DNA of 64,000 nt, from contig NC_087436.1 of assembly GCF_036321535.1 (NCBI RefSeq), positions 30,878,001-30,942,000 of the forward strand, written 5' to 3'. The notes beneath the pieces are model-generated. The model ran no database searches. It was given only the letters and a program-made list of their open reading frames with translations, and had not been told where the DNA came from. This document shows positions 50,417 to 64,000 of this stretch, one piece after another. The position numbers and the translations under genes were made by a program. Source of the DNA: Camelus dromedarius. Taxonomy: Eukaryota. The first letter of the stretch is position 1. The number at the start of each line of letters is the position of its first letter.

Positions 50417-53400
50417 AACTGACCAGTGATTCCCTGTTGTGGTGTATTGCACATTCATAAAATCCCACTCCTAATAATATATCTTTATCTTTACCCCTTA
50501 TATACCCCAAAATGAAATCACAAGTTTAAGGCTCAATATGATTAAAATTATTCTGTAGAGCTGAATACTGTCTTTGTATCTTCTGATAGAATTGTCTAAG
50601 AATTTCAACATATTTTTCCTTTTCTTAGAATTCCACATTAGTCAAAACTCAATTCCCAGAATTTCCTTCAAGAATATATTATTCTTTTTTGGTTTTTTTT
50701 ATAATTTATAATGAAGTCAGAAACCATGGCCTCTTAATGTACATGCAGACTGTCTAGCACTCTTTGATTTTAGGTATATTTATAATTATATTATTATATA
50801 TGCATATATGTAATATATAGGCATGTGAGTATTTATATAAAGTATCACTAGAAATAACAGAATAACAGTCGTGATTTATATGGATAAGAAGAGAGCTGAA
50901 AGGATTCAAAAAAAGATAGAAAAAAATTTAAATGTTCAATGCAACATTATTCTTCAGAGCCTTGTAATAAATAGTGCACCAGTGGGCCATAGCTAGTAAT
51001 AGTGCCTAAGTGAGGGCATAATATGGATTTGCTAAAAGTGCTCTACTTTGAAATGGAGGCTCTGCATTCCCTGGTTATTGATGGTATAGTTTGTAACATT
51101 ATTTTTACTCAACCATGACCAATGGAAAATTAAAACAACTTTGATCACTTTGGAAATTCTCGGCTTAGCTTTTCATTTGTAACTATCAATTATTTAAAGA
51201 ATAGTTTAAAATGGCTCTTGGAGCCCTTTTTTGGGGAAAAAATTACAGTAATTTAGGTAGCAAATGTGAATGATCTCAAGTTTTTAGTTCCATATGGAAT
51301 AAAAATGCCTTATAAAACAGTCACATTGCCATCTACTGACAGCTTTTTGTAAAAGAACCAGCATTTTCTCATTAGCCTAACTGATTGTGCACTTTAATGA
51401 TCTATTACTTGACATGTGGCTGTATGAAAAAAGGGGTAACAAAGTGTATCCATTGCTCAGCGCATCTACTTGAAATAATCTCACCATTCACAGAGGCCAT
51501 TTCAAGCTATTCAACGTTTCACTTTTATATACTGCAATTAGATACATTTATTAATGGCATTACTGCATAGTATTTCATAGCTGGTAAAACTGTTTTCAGG
51601 AAAGTGACTGCAGAGTGTATGTTAATAAATCTGCCCTGCATGTATAGTACATAGAGACTTGCTAATAGGATTTTCATAATAACAGCATTTATCTCCCAGC
51701 ACATTTTATAATACCAATCACTGTGTAACAGCAGTGTTGTTATTACATTATGTGAAAAATAGGATTTGTTCTAAGGACATGTATTATAACCTGAAACACA
51801 GAAGTACAATGGTAGTTGAAGCACCTGTGCATTAAACCATTTTCACTCCTATCCTTTTCTACCTTTGCCAGAGTTGATATAAGAAAAACATCCAGTGCTG
51901 TTGTAAATAGATGAAAGATTCCTATCAGTATTTCCCATGAACTAGTAGCTCTAGGGTGTAGCATCCTGCTATACAGTGCCTATGATGCTACAGGTAGCAA
52001 GAATCAATTCCTCCCAGTTAGTAGCAATCATCGTCAAATGGAATTTACTCCCCAACTAATTTCCATGGAATCATGTTACTGATTTCTCCTTCTGCCATGT
52101 TCCCAGATTTGGAATTTTCTCCAAATTAAAGTTTAAATTTAAAGTATTATTTTTCACAAGGGAAAATTCACGAGTACTTTTATCACTTTTTCAGATAACC
52201 ACATGCTGTGCATATTTTAAAACAAACAACAAAAGAAAAAAAAATGCAAACTTCTTGGCCAAACTCATAATCCCTTACAAAATAATTAATACACAAAACC
52301 TGAGCTCTGAGCCCCATGTAACAATAGCCAACTACCTCAGTTGTTCATAAAACTCACAAACAAAAAGAAACAATTTTCAACTTAAAACTGCTTAGAATAG
52401 CTTAAATATAGGTAAAATCAATCAGAGGACATATCATTAGCCTACTGTTTTACATATTTTTTGCTTGAAATCAATGAAAGGAGAATACACAATATTGCAG
52501 AACTGAAAGCCATGCACTATTCAAATAGGGCACACGATTGCATATTTTGTCATAACTGGCTCTTCTAAGATTTATTATGAAACAGTGAATTAAAGGCTCC
52601 CTTGAATGGAGACCCAAGAAAGCATAACATTCTGCTCTCAGAACTCCAGCTCAGTTTGAATAAGAAATCATTCAAGAAGAGATGAAAGGCCTAGATTTTC
52701 ATGCCACCTTTTAACTAGGTCTAAATAAATGTTAAAGATTCTTGCTACATTTCTTTTCCTTGCAAAATAGAGCATTTCCAAATGATAATCCAGCTATAGC
52801 CAAAGAGCATCACAATTGAAAAATATCTAGACTTTCTTTTCCCTCTACAAAACACATTTAAAAGACTGCAGAGAAATGCATATAGAATATGGAACATTTC
52901 CATTAATAGCACTGCTATTTTATAGAAACCTGACAATGAAATATTTATAGTTAAACTGTGTTTTTCACTTTATTTTGCTTGCTTCATATTATAAACTTGT
53001 GGATTATGATTTAAAAAGTCTTACTTCAAATTGTATATGATTTTGATAGTAAAAGTGAAAACAAATCAAACTAGAAATGTAAGAAAATCTTGTAGTGACA
53101 GAAGTTGGAACCGGTATGCGTGAGGGGGCGCTTCTGACTGGGCAAGAGGCAGCCTGTGAGAGCAAACAATGGGAGCGATCTATGGCAACTCTGCTTCAGT
53201 TTCTCCCCGAAACTATCTTGGGTCTAAGAGTGTCGGCTCCGATGACCATTCAGAACTCCAACACACATGGGCAAGAATAAAATCAGAACAGCACAGAAGC
53301 CCTGACAAAAGAGAGCTGACAGAAAGAGATGGAGAATCAATTTGCACAGCCACTTTCCCATACCATCTGCAAACGCCCTTGGTTGTTGGATACAGTCTAT

Positions 53401-53679
53401 TGTAGGGATTGTCCGTCCTAATGCTGATTCTTCTTGGAAGGTAAAAGTTGAAGCCATTTAGCTAAGGCTTTGTTTAATGGGGTTGGTCATTAGAAATGGT
53501 TTACTGGTCACTGGGATTTTCCACTCTGGGACTCATCTATTCCCCTTGCCCCAAATGCCCTAAGCACTTTGGAGTTGACACTTAAAAGTCTGACTTTCCT
53601 TCATAAGCACTGATAGACAGAGTAGCTTCTATTCCTAAGGGGAAATGAACTCACAGGTATAAACAACAAGACACTGGAG

Positions 53680-54400
53680 AAATGCAACTGCTAACTCTGT
53701 TAGAAGGAGAAGTATTAGAACATATTTATCACAATTTAAAATTAGTGAAATGATAAGCTAAAAGATAAAAGAGAAGATACTATTAAGATGAAACAGGAAT
53801 AACAAAATATATAAAATAGAAAAATATATATATAATATTAAAATAAATACAAATAGAATTTAGGACCATATGGATATAGATGAGGAATATATTAGCAAGA
53901 AGATCAGATCAAGAAAATTTCTTGGAGAAAGAAGTAACAAAGAAACACAAAAGACTAAAAGATAAACTAGAGATAGGGATGCTGGAAGAAAAAGTGCTGA
54001 TATCTGGAAAATAAGATTGATTTATTTCAAAAACAGAAGAAATAAAGATGAAAAGTAATGATTTGAGGTAAAAAATAGATATCAATTTCACAGATTTTGT
54101 TTTTTGGTTTTTTTTTTTTACAAAAGAAACCTCGGATTAAAAGGACACTCAAAGTGCTTAAGAAGGATGATAAAGAAACCACCCACTCATACTTTATAGG
54201 CAAATTATAGAATATCGGAGGGAGAGAGGAGGGCTTAAACGGAAAGACTGAGTGATAATGGAGCTTCAGAGTGTGAATGAAATCAGAGCTACAAGTAAGG
54301 TACCAGGAATTAGGGTTGATACTTGTGTACAGAAAAATTGTGGAAAACTTATACTAATAAGGCCAAGAGAGTCTAGGAACATAATGTGTCAAGTTCACTC
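53680..54400 (+). mobile_element. Ancient L1 ORF1/HAL1-like relic
   Basis: A-rich ORF1-like text (ggattaaaaggacactcaaagtgc...; aaattatagaatatc; gaaatcagagct). Confidence 0.4.
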
Positions 54401-57400
54401 AAGTATTATTTCATCATCTAGGGTAATGTACTTTTTGTCTATCTTTAGACTCTAGAAATTATGCATTCATTTGTTATTGTCTGGTAAAGATGTCCATTAG
54501 AAAAGATAACCTCCAATTTCTGCTTTTTACCCCTCTGTTGATCATTCACCAGCTTTAATCTTTTACCTGCCTATATTTGCCTGGTTCCTCAAAATGCTCC
54601 TTGAAATAGCTTTACCCTTTAACTATTTCAATCATTAATGAGCTAATAAATCTTTGAAAAGCATGCACTTGATATTTGGATGTAGCAAATATTTTTACTT
54701 GAGAAAATTATGATTTGATATCTAGAACCTGGAAGTAATATTTTGTAAGAAAATGTATTTATAGATTATTTTTTTATGTCTATACCCTTTATACCCCTAA
54801 ATACTTCTCTTGAAAAGTATTTTATGACTCTGGAATGAAAAAGATGTCTTTCTTATCTTATAAAAATAAATGTTAGCTATTGTAACGTTCATTCTTGAAA
54901 AATATCAAAAGAAATATATGTATATATTAGCCTAAAAATCATTTATGTAATATCATGGTCTTGTAAGAAGGCACATCCTTGGGAGTCAGAGAGAAAGAGC
55001 ATAGTTATGGAAATCTCTATGGCATATTAATATGGCTTGTATTGCATTATGCATCCTTTAATATGTAGTAAAAATAAAATTGACTGTGAATTATTTATTT
55101 ATATTTGAACATTTTGTAATCATTCGGTTAATTATCTGCCAGCCATCCAAAGGAACATAATGTCTGTTACTCTGTTATTTTCTGTTGGAGTTTAAATGAA
55201 TTAATTGACATCTTCTAGCTGTCCCAGAACAGAGTTTTCATTTCTTGGTTTTTCAGATTAGAAAGTTGGGAAGTTTAAATTTTATTCTTTACATTAAAGA
55301 GGAATCAAATTTTCAGGAAATACAAATGACAGTTGTAACTCAAAACAAAGAGTTAAAAGATAGCATTCACTTTATCATGTACATATGAATGTGAAGAGGA
55401 TAAACTTATCAGATGGGCCTCAAAAAAAATTCACTCTGCATGTTTTTATTTTCTAAAGAATATCTGAGACCTTCACTTCTCAGGCATTACAAATGTTGTG
55501 TGTCTATTCAAATGGATTTATGATGTTCAGTTTAAAATTTGTAAGTCACTTGTATAATTAAAAAGCTGTTACATAATTTCACTCCTGATACTTTTAACAA
55601 CTACTTCAATACTGAGGTTCCAGTGCAGAAAGCACAGTATAGAACAGTGACTAGGATATGAAGTTACAATCCAAAAATCATGTCTGGTTTTTATTTCAGG
55701 AGGGACCAGTATAAAATCCTAGTGGTTAAAAATTAAACCACTAGTAAAACCAAAAATGAACTCAGAGCAGAGATATGGGATGTAATCACCTTTACAGATG
55801 TATATTGAATATTTGCTTCTATTTGATCATGAATAGATACAAGTTAGACACCATAAGACAATCAAATAAGGTTCCTAGTCTTTTCAAGTATGTTCTGTGC
55901 ATTTAACCTCATAATGCCAGAGGCTCCTTTGATTTTGATAAAATACTAAATAAAAGTCAGAGAAGTAATTTCCCCTTTGCTGTAATGAATTTGTTGGCAT
56001 ACTAGTAGAAAACATTGGTCAGCAAAATGGGCCATGTTTCAGAATAAGTAACAAGACAAAAATAAAATATCTCTTCAGCAAAGTATCAGTGTCAATATCA
56101 GCAAAATACTTCTTCAGTTCTGACAACACCTGTAAGTGGTGACCAGATTTGGCTCATTAACTAAAGGCCCACATGGCAATTGTTGAAGTGACAGAGAAGG
56201 TAAACTGTTTCCAACTGTAGTCAATCCTAGAAGACCATTTTTTTGAAGGTCATAAATTTGTTCTACATTCTATTTCAATAACTAATACTTGTAGTATTAT
56301 ATTTGAATTATAATTCATTTGCATATCCTCTTTTGTCAAAATCCTCTTTTGTCAGATTCTAGATAGGAAAAACAAAATTGCTTGCTGTGAAAAAAACAAA
56401 TCTTTAGTATTTAATTGGATATATAATGATAATATCTGTAAAACTAATAGCAAAATCCAAATATGCTTTATTGAAAAGTTCTTTAGCATTCTCTTATCAT
56501 CTCTCATTTCCTCTGATGTACTAGACCTAAATTGCCACTTATAATGTGTGATGAACATACAAAAACTTACATGTTGCCTTTTGTTTTATCTGGGAGCAAG
56601 TAGATTGTACAAATAAGCTTGATTGCTCTGTGATAGAAAATGTGACCATCTGTAACAATTCATATTGTGAACTTATTACATAGATAATTATTATGATTAG
56701 TGTTACAATTCAGCAATCAGAAATCTGTACAGGATCCAAAGGAACACAGCAGGATAATACTCCTTCTAAATGGGCTCAGGAAAAATGCAATTTATTTGAC
56801 ACACTCCACAAGAGAGGCAGAATCAATTGGACGTATATAGCGTAATCATTTTTCTCTCCCTCAGTAGCTTGGCACAGGAGCAGCATCACGCATAGACGGG
56901 AGCTTCCTATATGGAACGGTGGTTATTGTATTTGCATAAGAATACATCCACCCTTGGGTACACTCAAGATATTACTAGAGTTCCCTTTATCCCAACAGGA
57001 CAGATTTCTCTAAAGACATACCGCTTACATTACATAGGACTATATGTCACTCAGGAAACTAAACCTCCCCATCTCTCTAACTCTATATGGTTTCAAATGC
57101 AGCCATCACATTTAGACTGGACTATGTATTTTACAAGAAAAAAACACTCCCCCTCCTTAAAGCTCTTTGTAGCTGTCAATGTGCACTATTCTTTGAAAAA
57201 TCAGGGACTCTTAATGTGAGAAATATAAACTTATTTAAATGTTTTCTAGCACCCAATGGTTTTCTGAGTTTGAAAGATATGATAACTTTTTATTACCATG
57301 CTGATAAAATCTGTAATTGTTCAATTTTTAAAAAGCTGTTGTATGTCTCTAGTTAATCACATCTGCTACATTAAATAAGATATGACAGAAGGGAACTTGG

Positions 57401-57949
57401 TGGGAGGTGGAGAGGGAGAGGGCAAAGGAGTCCTAAAGACATGCAGGTGGAAAGTTGTTATCCTAAACATCTGGACCTATTTACTAGGTAGTTGCTATTC
57501 TGGGATAGACACATGTTATATTTACAAACTCCCATGGTGGAATACAAATAATGTAAAAAATGGAATGCCTTTATTGCATAAAATATCAAAACTTGAAAAT
57601 GTTAATTTTCAGAATAATCAATTATGAAATCACTAAGATGGAGCATCATGTGTTTCTATTGAACAGAAAATTTAAAAAATAGGCAAGTGTCCATTAAAAG
57701 TTTTTGAAGAGATATTGATTCCAAGATTTTGTCTCAACTTTTAAACTGTATTTTTCACAATGGAATACCATTAAGATGGAAGGTGCTAAGTTAATTATAT
57801 GACATTTTCTTCAAGGTATCCTGTACATACTTACGGTCTATTTGTGCCTGTATTTCAGGCAACATTTTATTAAAACTACGTATATATTTTGGAGGGGCAT
57901 GATTATATAACATCATAGTCCTTGGGTTTTTCCCTTTATATATCATATG

Positions 57950-59740
57950 ATTAATTTTTGAAGAGATTATACATGCTCATGGCATGCTTATTTTATAGGT
58001 ACAAAAGAATTGACAAATTAAAAAACAAAAAAACAACTGTTTCCATGGCCATTCATTTACTTTCTTCACTGGGGCTATTTTGTATTCAGGAGTATTCTAC
58101 CTGTTGTTTCTTTGATTCTCATTTTTAGCAAAATTATACCACTTATTACTGAAAGAGTTTAATAGTTCTATGAATCTTGTACCAAAACAAGTCTTTTGTT
58201 CTACTCTTCCATACTTCATATTGTAAACTCCAGATACCATGCTCCATTTAACATTTTAGCTATTTCTTCTGTAATTTACCTCTAGTTTCTGAATCACATG
58301 GGTATCCTGTTTTCTTGATTATTCAATCATAAGCAGTATCTATGGACCTGCCAAAATGGAAAACACAAGAGAACAATTGAGCTTTCTTATGCTGCCCTCT
58401 CTCTGCAAAAGCACAAATTTATAACCACATGTATAAGCATATACCTATTTACACACACATACACACACATTTCTTCCAATAGAATCACATAAATGAGATT
58501 CTTAGTGTTTAGTAGTTAACTCAATAGTCAGTATTTGCATTATGTGACTATGTAAATATTATTCATAGCTAAGCCATGTAGAATATGCCATGTAGTATAT
58601 TAACATTATATTTCATATTCTGCTCAATTCATTGTTGTCCTGGAGTTAATTTTTTCATTTGGTCACCTTTCAGTGTGACCATTACTAGTTCGTCCTCAAA
58701 CAATCTTTAAATGTCTCCTCAAAGGACCTGAACACATTCTTACTCACTTTTACTTTTTCTTGGAGGTATTCCTCCTGAAGTCCTTTGCCCTCCAGCTCCA
58801 ATCTGAATCATTTGCTCTCTAGACTTCTTGCTTGGTGGTCATTTTGGGACTTCCTTCTGTTGCCGGTCAACTTTCACTCCTCTTCTGTGGGAATGCTCTT
58901 TCCAGTGTATCCATTCTTTCACTTGCTTTTCTCATTCAACTGTGCAGAGCACAAACTCCAGTTAGCTTCTTGAGGATGAATATGTGCATCAAGACTTTGA
59001 ATATCTGAAAATCCTTATATAGCCTTCAAACGTGATTGGTGGTCTGGCTGGATATACACCATCTTGTCTCAGAATTTTGAAAACATCATTCCACATTCTT
59101 CTAGCTTCCAATGAGAAGGCTAAGGACATTCTGTATCATGTTCCTTTTGAGAGTGCCTGTCTTTTTTTCCCCTCCCTCTGTAAGAATTTAGAATCTTCAC
59201 TCTATATCCACTGTTGTGAAATTTTAGGGTGAATGGTTTTGGTATAGGTGTTTTGTTCAGTCATTGCTATGGGGACTTTTTGGATTCTTCTGGAAACTAT
59301 TCAGTTAAGGGATATTTGCATAATAGTTAAATATAAATGTTCACTTCCATACGTTCTCTTATATTTTTTGGAACTCTTATTATTAGATATTGATACTTCT
59401 GGATTGGTTCCCTAACTTTGATGTATTTTTCTTATATATTCCCATGTCTTTTGTTTCTTAACCAGATATTTTTGTCAACTATATCTTTATATATAGGTAT
59501 AGATACACACAGAGGTAATTGTTCTTTAAATATTTTATTATAGGATTCTATTTTTTTATACATATAATCATTTTAAATTTTCTCTCTGAGATTTCTGTTT
59601 ACAAAATGTTCTCTATTTCCTCCACATTCCCTTTTTTTCCCTTTCTTTATTAAGACTTTTTTCATGTTAGAGGCCTTCTTCAAATGTCTGATGATTCTTT
59701 TTATCTGTTTATATGTGATAGTGAAATACTAAAATTCTGA
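57950..59740 (-). mobile_element. HAL1/old L1 ORF1-like relic
   Basis: ccctccagctccaatctgaa...; tctgaaaatcc...ggctggatata...ttccacattcttctagcttcc; tattagatattgatacttctggattggttcc. Confidence 0.6.
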
Positions 59741-60158
59741 GTATGTAAGTTGAGGTTTTCAACTACTATTACTTGCAAATTCTGAAATTAAATGAAATGA
59801 ACATATTTTGACCACCTGATGAACATCTTGCCTTCTGAACGTTTTTGTGGAAAGTAGGTAACTCAGTGTCTTTTCTGGCATGAAGAGAGTACCCTTATGG
59901 AGAAAACAGAAGCATGCATAATTAACAAGTACATGGGGTGGGATGAAATAAATAAAAATTTTATTTTCTTTTGTTTTTGTTTCTTATCAATTGAAAGCTA
60001 CTTAGGTGTTAATCTGGAGTGCAAGATTTCCTCTGGCCTCTGAATATTAAAAAAAAAAAAGCATCTCAGAAGCCTGTATTTTTGTTAAGATTTATGCATA
60101 CATATGATGACTCATTTTATATGCAAATAATGGAAGAGTGTACGATTAAGGTGATTTT

Positions 60159-60582
60159 TGTGGTTGACTTTCCAACATCCTTCTCACTCTAAATGATTTA
60201 CCTTGGTCAATATGGCAATCCTATGCCCCTTGGCAGTGATTTACATACAAACCCATCCTGGCAAATGAGTTGTGAGCAAAAGTTTTACAAGGAGTTTCAG
60301 TTCTCCTTAGAGAACATGGAAAGAGATAGTCCTTTTCTTCACCTGGATATTTTCATATCTTAATATTTCATCTGAATCAACTACAGTCTTGCAGCCATGA
60401 ACATAAAATTAAACTGAGCATGGTGAAAAAGAAAGGTAAAAAGAACCTCCTGTCTTTGAGAACAGCATTGGACCAACGTGTCTAACAGTCTTGGACTGAC
60501 TCTATACTGTTGTTATATTAGATAATAAATATTATTCAGTCAGTTTGAGTTATGTATTCAGTTACAGGCATCTCAACTGATA
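60159..60582 (+). mobile_element. MLT1J-like MaLR LTR relic
   Basis: cctggcaaatgag...gtcttgcagccatga...gaaaggtaaaaagaacct...catctcaactgata. Confidence 0.6.
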
Positions 60583-62754
60583 GAATAAATTGCTTTATAT
60601 TTAATACACAGATTATAGTTCTTGTAGGATGATGTACTGTATGAGTGTACTTACTTTCAATGTAAATGTAAAAAAATCTATTCACACTTCGTGGTACAAT
60701 AAAATTAGCTAATTGAAAGGAAGAGAAATTTCAGGCTGTGATAGTATTTCCAATTATACATGAATTTGAAAATGGACAATTGAATGAGCTTTCTTTCAGG
60801 AGGATTTAAAAGTGCAATCCTATATGTAAAATCTGGGAGGGAGGATTTCTTGCTGGCAGGATTATAAATGTAGTACATTATACTAATGTTTTAAAAATAG
60901 AACCATTTTCTTTGGCATTTGCTATGTCAGAAATACTCTTTAGAATACCATTGAGACATGGATTATTTTTGTCATATGTTTAGGTGATTGCATTGTTGCA
61001 ATTTGAAGTCAATACAAAAATAATAGTTATTAAAATGTATTGTTTATTTTGAAAATAGTGCTTATGAATATTACATATTTAAACTGAACAACAGCTCTGC
61101 AGTGAAGCTAAGGAAATAATACTGTGACTTATATTATATAGATTTTTAAAAACTAGTGCAGAAGGAAATTAAGATACTTGTACTAATAGGTGGACCTCCC
61201 ATATCTCAAGTCAGCTTATCTGGTAATAATCTATTCCAAAGCTTGATAAACTTCAGTGATACGCTCAGCACTTTTTAATGATTCTCACTAAAACATTCTT
61301 TATACACAAGAGTATGCCCTCTGCTTCCCCATCCCCTTTTCAGGTTTAGATTAATTTTGAGAGGGAAGCTGAAGGTGGATTAGGTAGTAATCCAGTGAAA
61401 ACCATTTAGAAGGGCACTAGCTTTGATTTAGTAAATAAATTGTCTTTAAAAATCTACATTATTGTTAGCAACAAATTCACACATATATAGAAGACTAGAA
61501 AGGATAATTTTGTATTCAGGAACAAGTCATTTTGAGGAATTAAACAATGATGAATTTTAATGCCTACCAACTTGGGGTTTTACTTAATATCTTCTTATTA
61601 TGGAGGGCAGAATAGTTTTGTGAGGAAATGGCATGGAGCATGCCTTTGCGTATCTCAATATACAGTCTGTCAGTATAGTAGTACTTTTATTTGTTTGAAC
61701 TACACAAAATTGTGAGTATCTGACCATTTAGGACCTACAAGATGGCAATTTCATCTGGTTCGACCTAGCACATTTGGACCTTTATTTTTGCTAAAAAAAT
61801 CTGAGAAGAAGAAAAAGAATAAATTAGATTATCAGCTTAATTTGTACTCATAACACTGTAAAAAATAATAATTCTTGTATACATAAAGCTTATTTAATTT
61901 GGCATATTTAGTTTATACACTTTTTGTTACTAAGAGATTCATAACAGATTCATAACTTTAAGTAACAAATGCTTGCTCAAGCATTATCATCTGTGTAGAT
62001 GACAAGGTCCCTATGACAATGTCACATCAACAATATTTTTTTGAAATTTAGGGTATAATATTAGCATCAGAATTTAAGAATACAGTATTTTTATGCTATA
62101 ATGTCAGAAAATCCATAAATAGCATCTTTTCTAATTAAATGGCTCATTGTGAAAAGAACCCAAGAAAATAACAAAAATTAATTCAGGAAAAAATATTTCA
62201 ATTAAAATGCAGGTATTAAAATTTTCTTTGATTTTGAAGGCAGAGACCTCCTTAGTCATCAGTATGTTCCTAGCCTTCTCCTAGCACGTGTACTTTATGT
62301 TTTAATATGCTCTTCATGGAGTTCTTGTATTATGTTTTGTATAAAAATGTGATTATGCTCTTAGCGATTCATGATAAATGGAACTTAGGAAGGGAAAAAG
62401 CCTAGATAATAGACAAATATTTTAACAGTATATTTGACATTTTATAAATCATAAACGTATACCTGTTTACTTACTATAGCAATGAGATCCTTTTTGATAA
62501 TGCTTGTTTTCCTAGGACTTTGATTTACATTATTTCATTTAGTTTTAATTTTTTTTACTCACACTTAATTCAGAAGTATACCAAAATCAGTTCTAAGAAA
62601 GCATTTCAAAATTCTGCACAGAAAAAATAAATACTAAAAATTTTTCCTTGACTGCAAGTTTAAGCAGTAAAGCTGAAAATTATATATATTAGGTATAATA
62701 GATACTTTTTATTTATACATGCAACATTAAAGATGCTTCAGATTTTAAATAATT

Positions 62755-62921
62755 TAAATAATAACTTTATTAAGGTTAGTTCATCTGCCTCAAAATTCAT
62801 CCTTTTAATGTTTACAATTCAGTGGTTTTTAGTATATTCACAGAGTTGTGTAGCCATTACTACTATCTAATTTCAGAACATTTTCATCATCCCCAAAGAA
62901 ATCCTGCAGCCATTAGCAGTC
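62755..62921 (-). mobile_element. L1MB-like 3' end fragment
   Basis: tacaattcagtggtttttagtatattcacagagttgtg...tttcagaacattttcatcatcccc. Confidence 0.8.
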
Positions 62922-63219
62922 TAAGATTATAATTATTTTTCAAAGAATAAAACAAACTACACATACTTTTTCCTGAAAACAATACTAACACAAAAACTAA
63001 GATAATTTTCATTTCCTACTAGAAAGCAATTAGTGAAAGTGGCAGTTTTCCTTTAGGTGTGCTTCTATACACACTGTACTTAGCAGTTTTGACTTCATGC
63101 TTGGGAGAAGACTTCCAAGGGATAATATTATAATAATAATATTTTCTGAAAAGTTTTAGACAATTTGGACTTGTAATTTCTATTTCCTTAAATGTCTTGC
63201 TCCCACGTGTACAAAGAAT

Positions 63220-63713
63220 ATGATAATTGAGTGCATTAATGACCTTCACCCTTCCTCTACCCAGGGATTTTGCCGTGTAACTTTGTAGTGCCCTCCCACT
63301 CAGCTCTTGAATGCCATATGGTTTGCTTTGGCCAACATGACTTTTGGCTGATACAATACAAGCAGAGGCATGAAGTGAGCTTGAACTTTTGGGATATTTT
63401 CTCTTGCCATCTGCCATTGCCATATTTTTTTTTTAAAGTAAGCCTAGGCTAACCTAGGTTGTTCCTAGGAGAAGATAAGACACGTGGATCAGAGTGAGCC
63501 AGCTCAGCTGAGAGTGCCAGCTATCCAGCCATAGTCAGCCTAGATTGGTCAACAACCAACAGATGCCACCTGTGAAAAAGCTCACCCAAAATCAGCAGTC
63601 TCCTAACCGAACCAGTTCAGAGATGTGAGCAATGGATGTTTATTGCTGTATATGCCTCTGAGCTTCAGTAGTTGTTTGTTACCAAGTATTATGGCAATAG
63701 TAAGTAACTGATG
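63220..63713 (+). mobile_element. MLT1H-like MaLR LTR
   Basis: ttgctttggccaac...caagcagaggc...gacacgtggatcagag...gttgtttgttacc...gcaatag...taactgat. Confidence 0.7.
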
Positions 63714-64000
63714 AGAAATGCAAAGAATGTGACATCACTTTAGAAAGTCAGTAATTTCTCAAGGTATGGACACCTGTATATGGATAGAATTTTCTTAAAT
63801 CACCATAATCAAATCCTTTCTTGACATATCTGCAACAGTCGTAAACTCTGCCCCTGGCCCAGATGGAGTGAGTTGGTTAGATGAGGGGATTAAGGATTTC
63901 CCTTACTCACTGGCTTAAGAGGACACAATATTCCCCCTCAATCAGCAAAATAGGATCAAGGGAGAGTATTGTCTTTTGGAGCTGAAAACATTTTATACAG

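Noticed and set aside
51957..51992. 9-bp inverted repeat TGTAGCATC/GATGCTACA
   Set aside because: Too short for a pre-miRNA, and expected occasionally by chance in 64 kb
63019..63423. 134-aa minus-strand ORF, the longest in the track
   Set aside because: Lies half inside an MLT1 LTR relic; chance ORF with no recognisable domain
1..64000. Prokaryotic or phage systems (operons, CRISPR arrays, defence islands)
   Set aside because: The sequence is mammalian, with no dense ORFs, no repeat-spacer array and no rRNA or tRNA genes recognised

Overview
This window is mammalian genomic DNA, not prokaryotic. It is AT-rich, strongly CpG-depleted and full of L1, L2, MIR, MER and LTR/ERV relics. The youngest L1 3' ends look cetartiodactyl (probably camelid; inference). 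I find no credible protein-coding gene: the ORF-track hits are L1 ORF2 debris or chance ORFs. The central functional feature is a small orphan CpG-island promoter at about 37.36-37.77 kb. It carries a perfect NRF1 palindrome, an ETS palindrome, a GC box, a YY1 site and an inverted pair of E2F sites, with splice donors leaving in both directions. A chain of minus-strand candidate exons (37.3, 35.5, 34.0, 31.9, 18.8 and 11.9 kb, the last with AATAAA) suggests a spliced lncRNA or micropeptide transcript of about 26 kb that I cannot name. Other points of note: an internally deleted ERV1-type provirus with two dissimilar LTRs just upstream of the promoter, a cluster of three LTRs with one nested in another and intact TSDs, a young L1 with a perfect 20-bp TSD, a probable poly(A)-only retrotransposition scar, and a TGACAG (MEIS/TALE) motif cluster that may be an enhancer. 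Repeat family names come from remembered consensus resemblance, not a database search, and exon calls rest on splice-signal inspection only.
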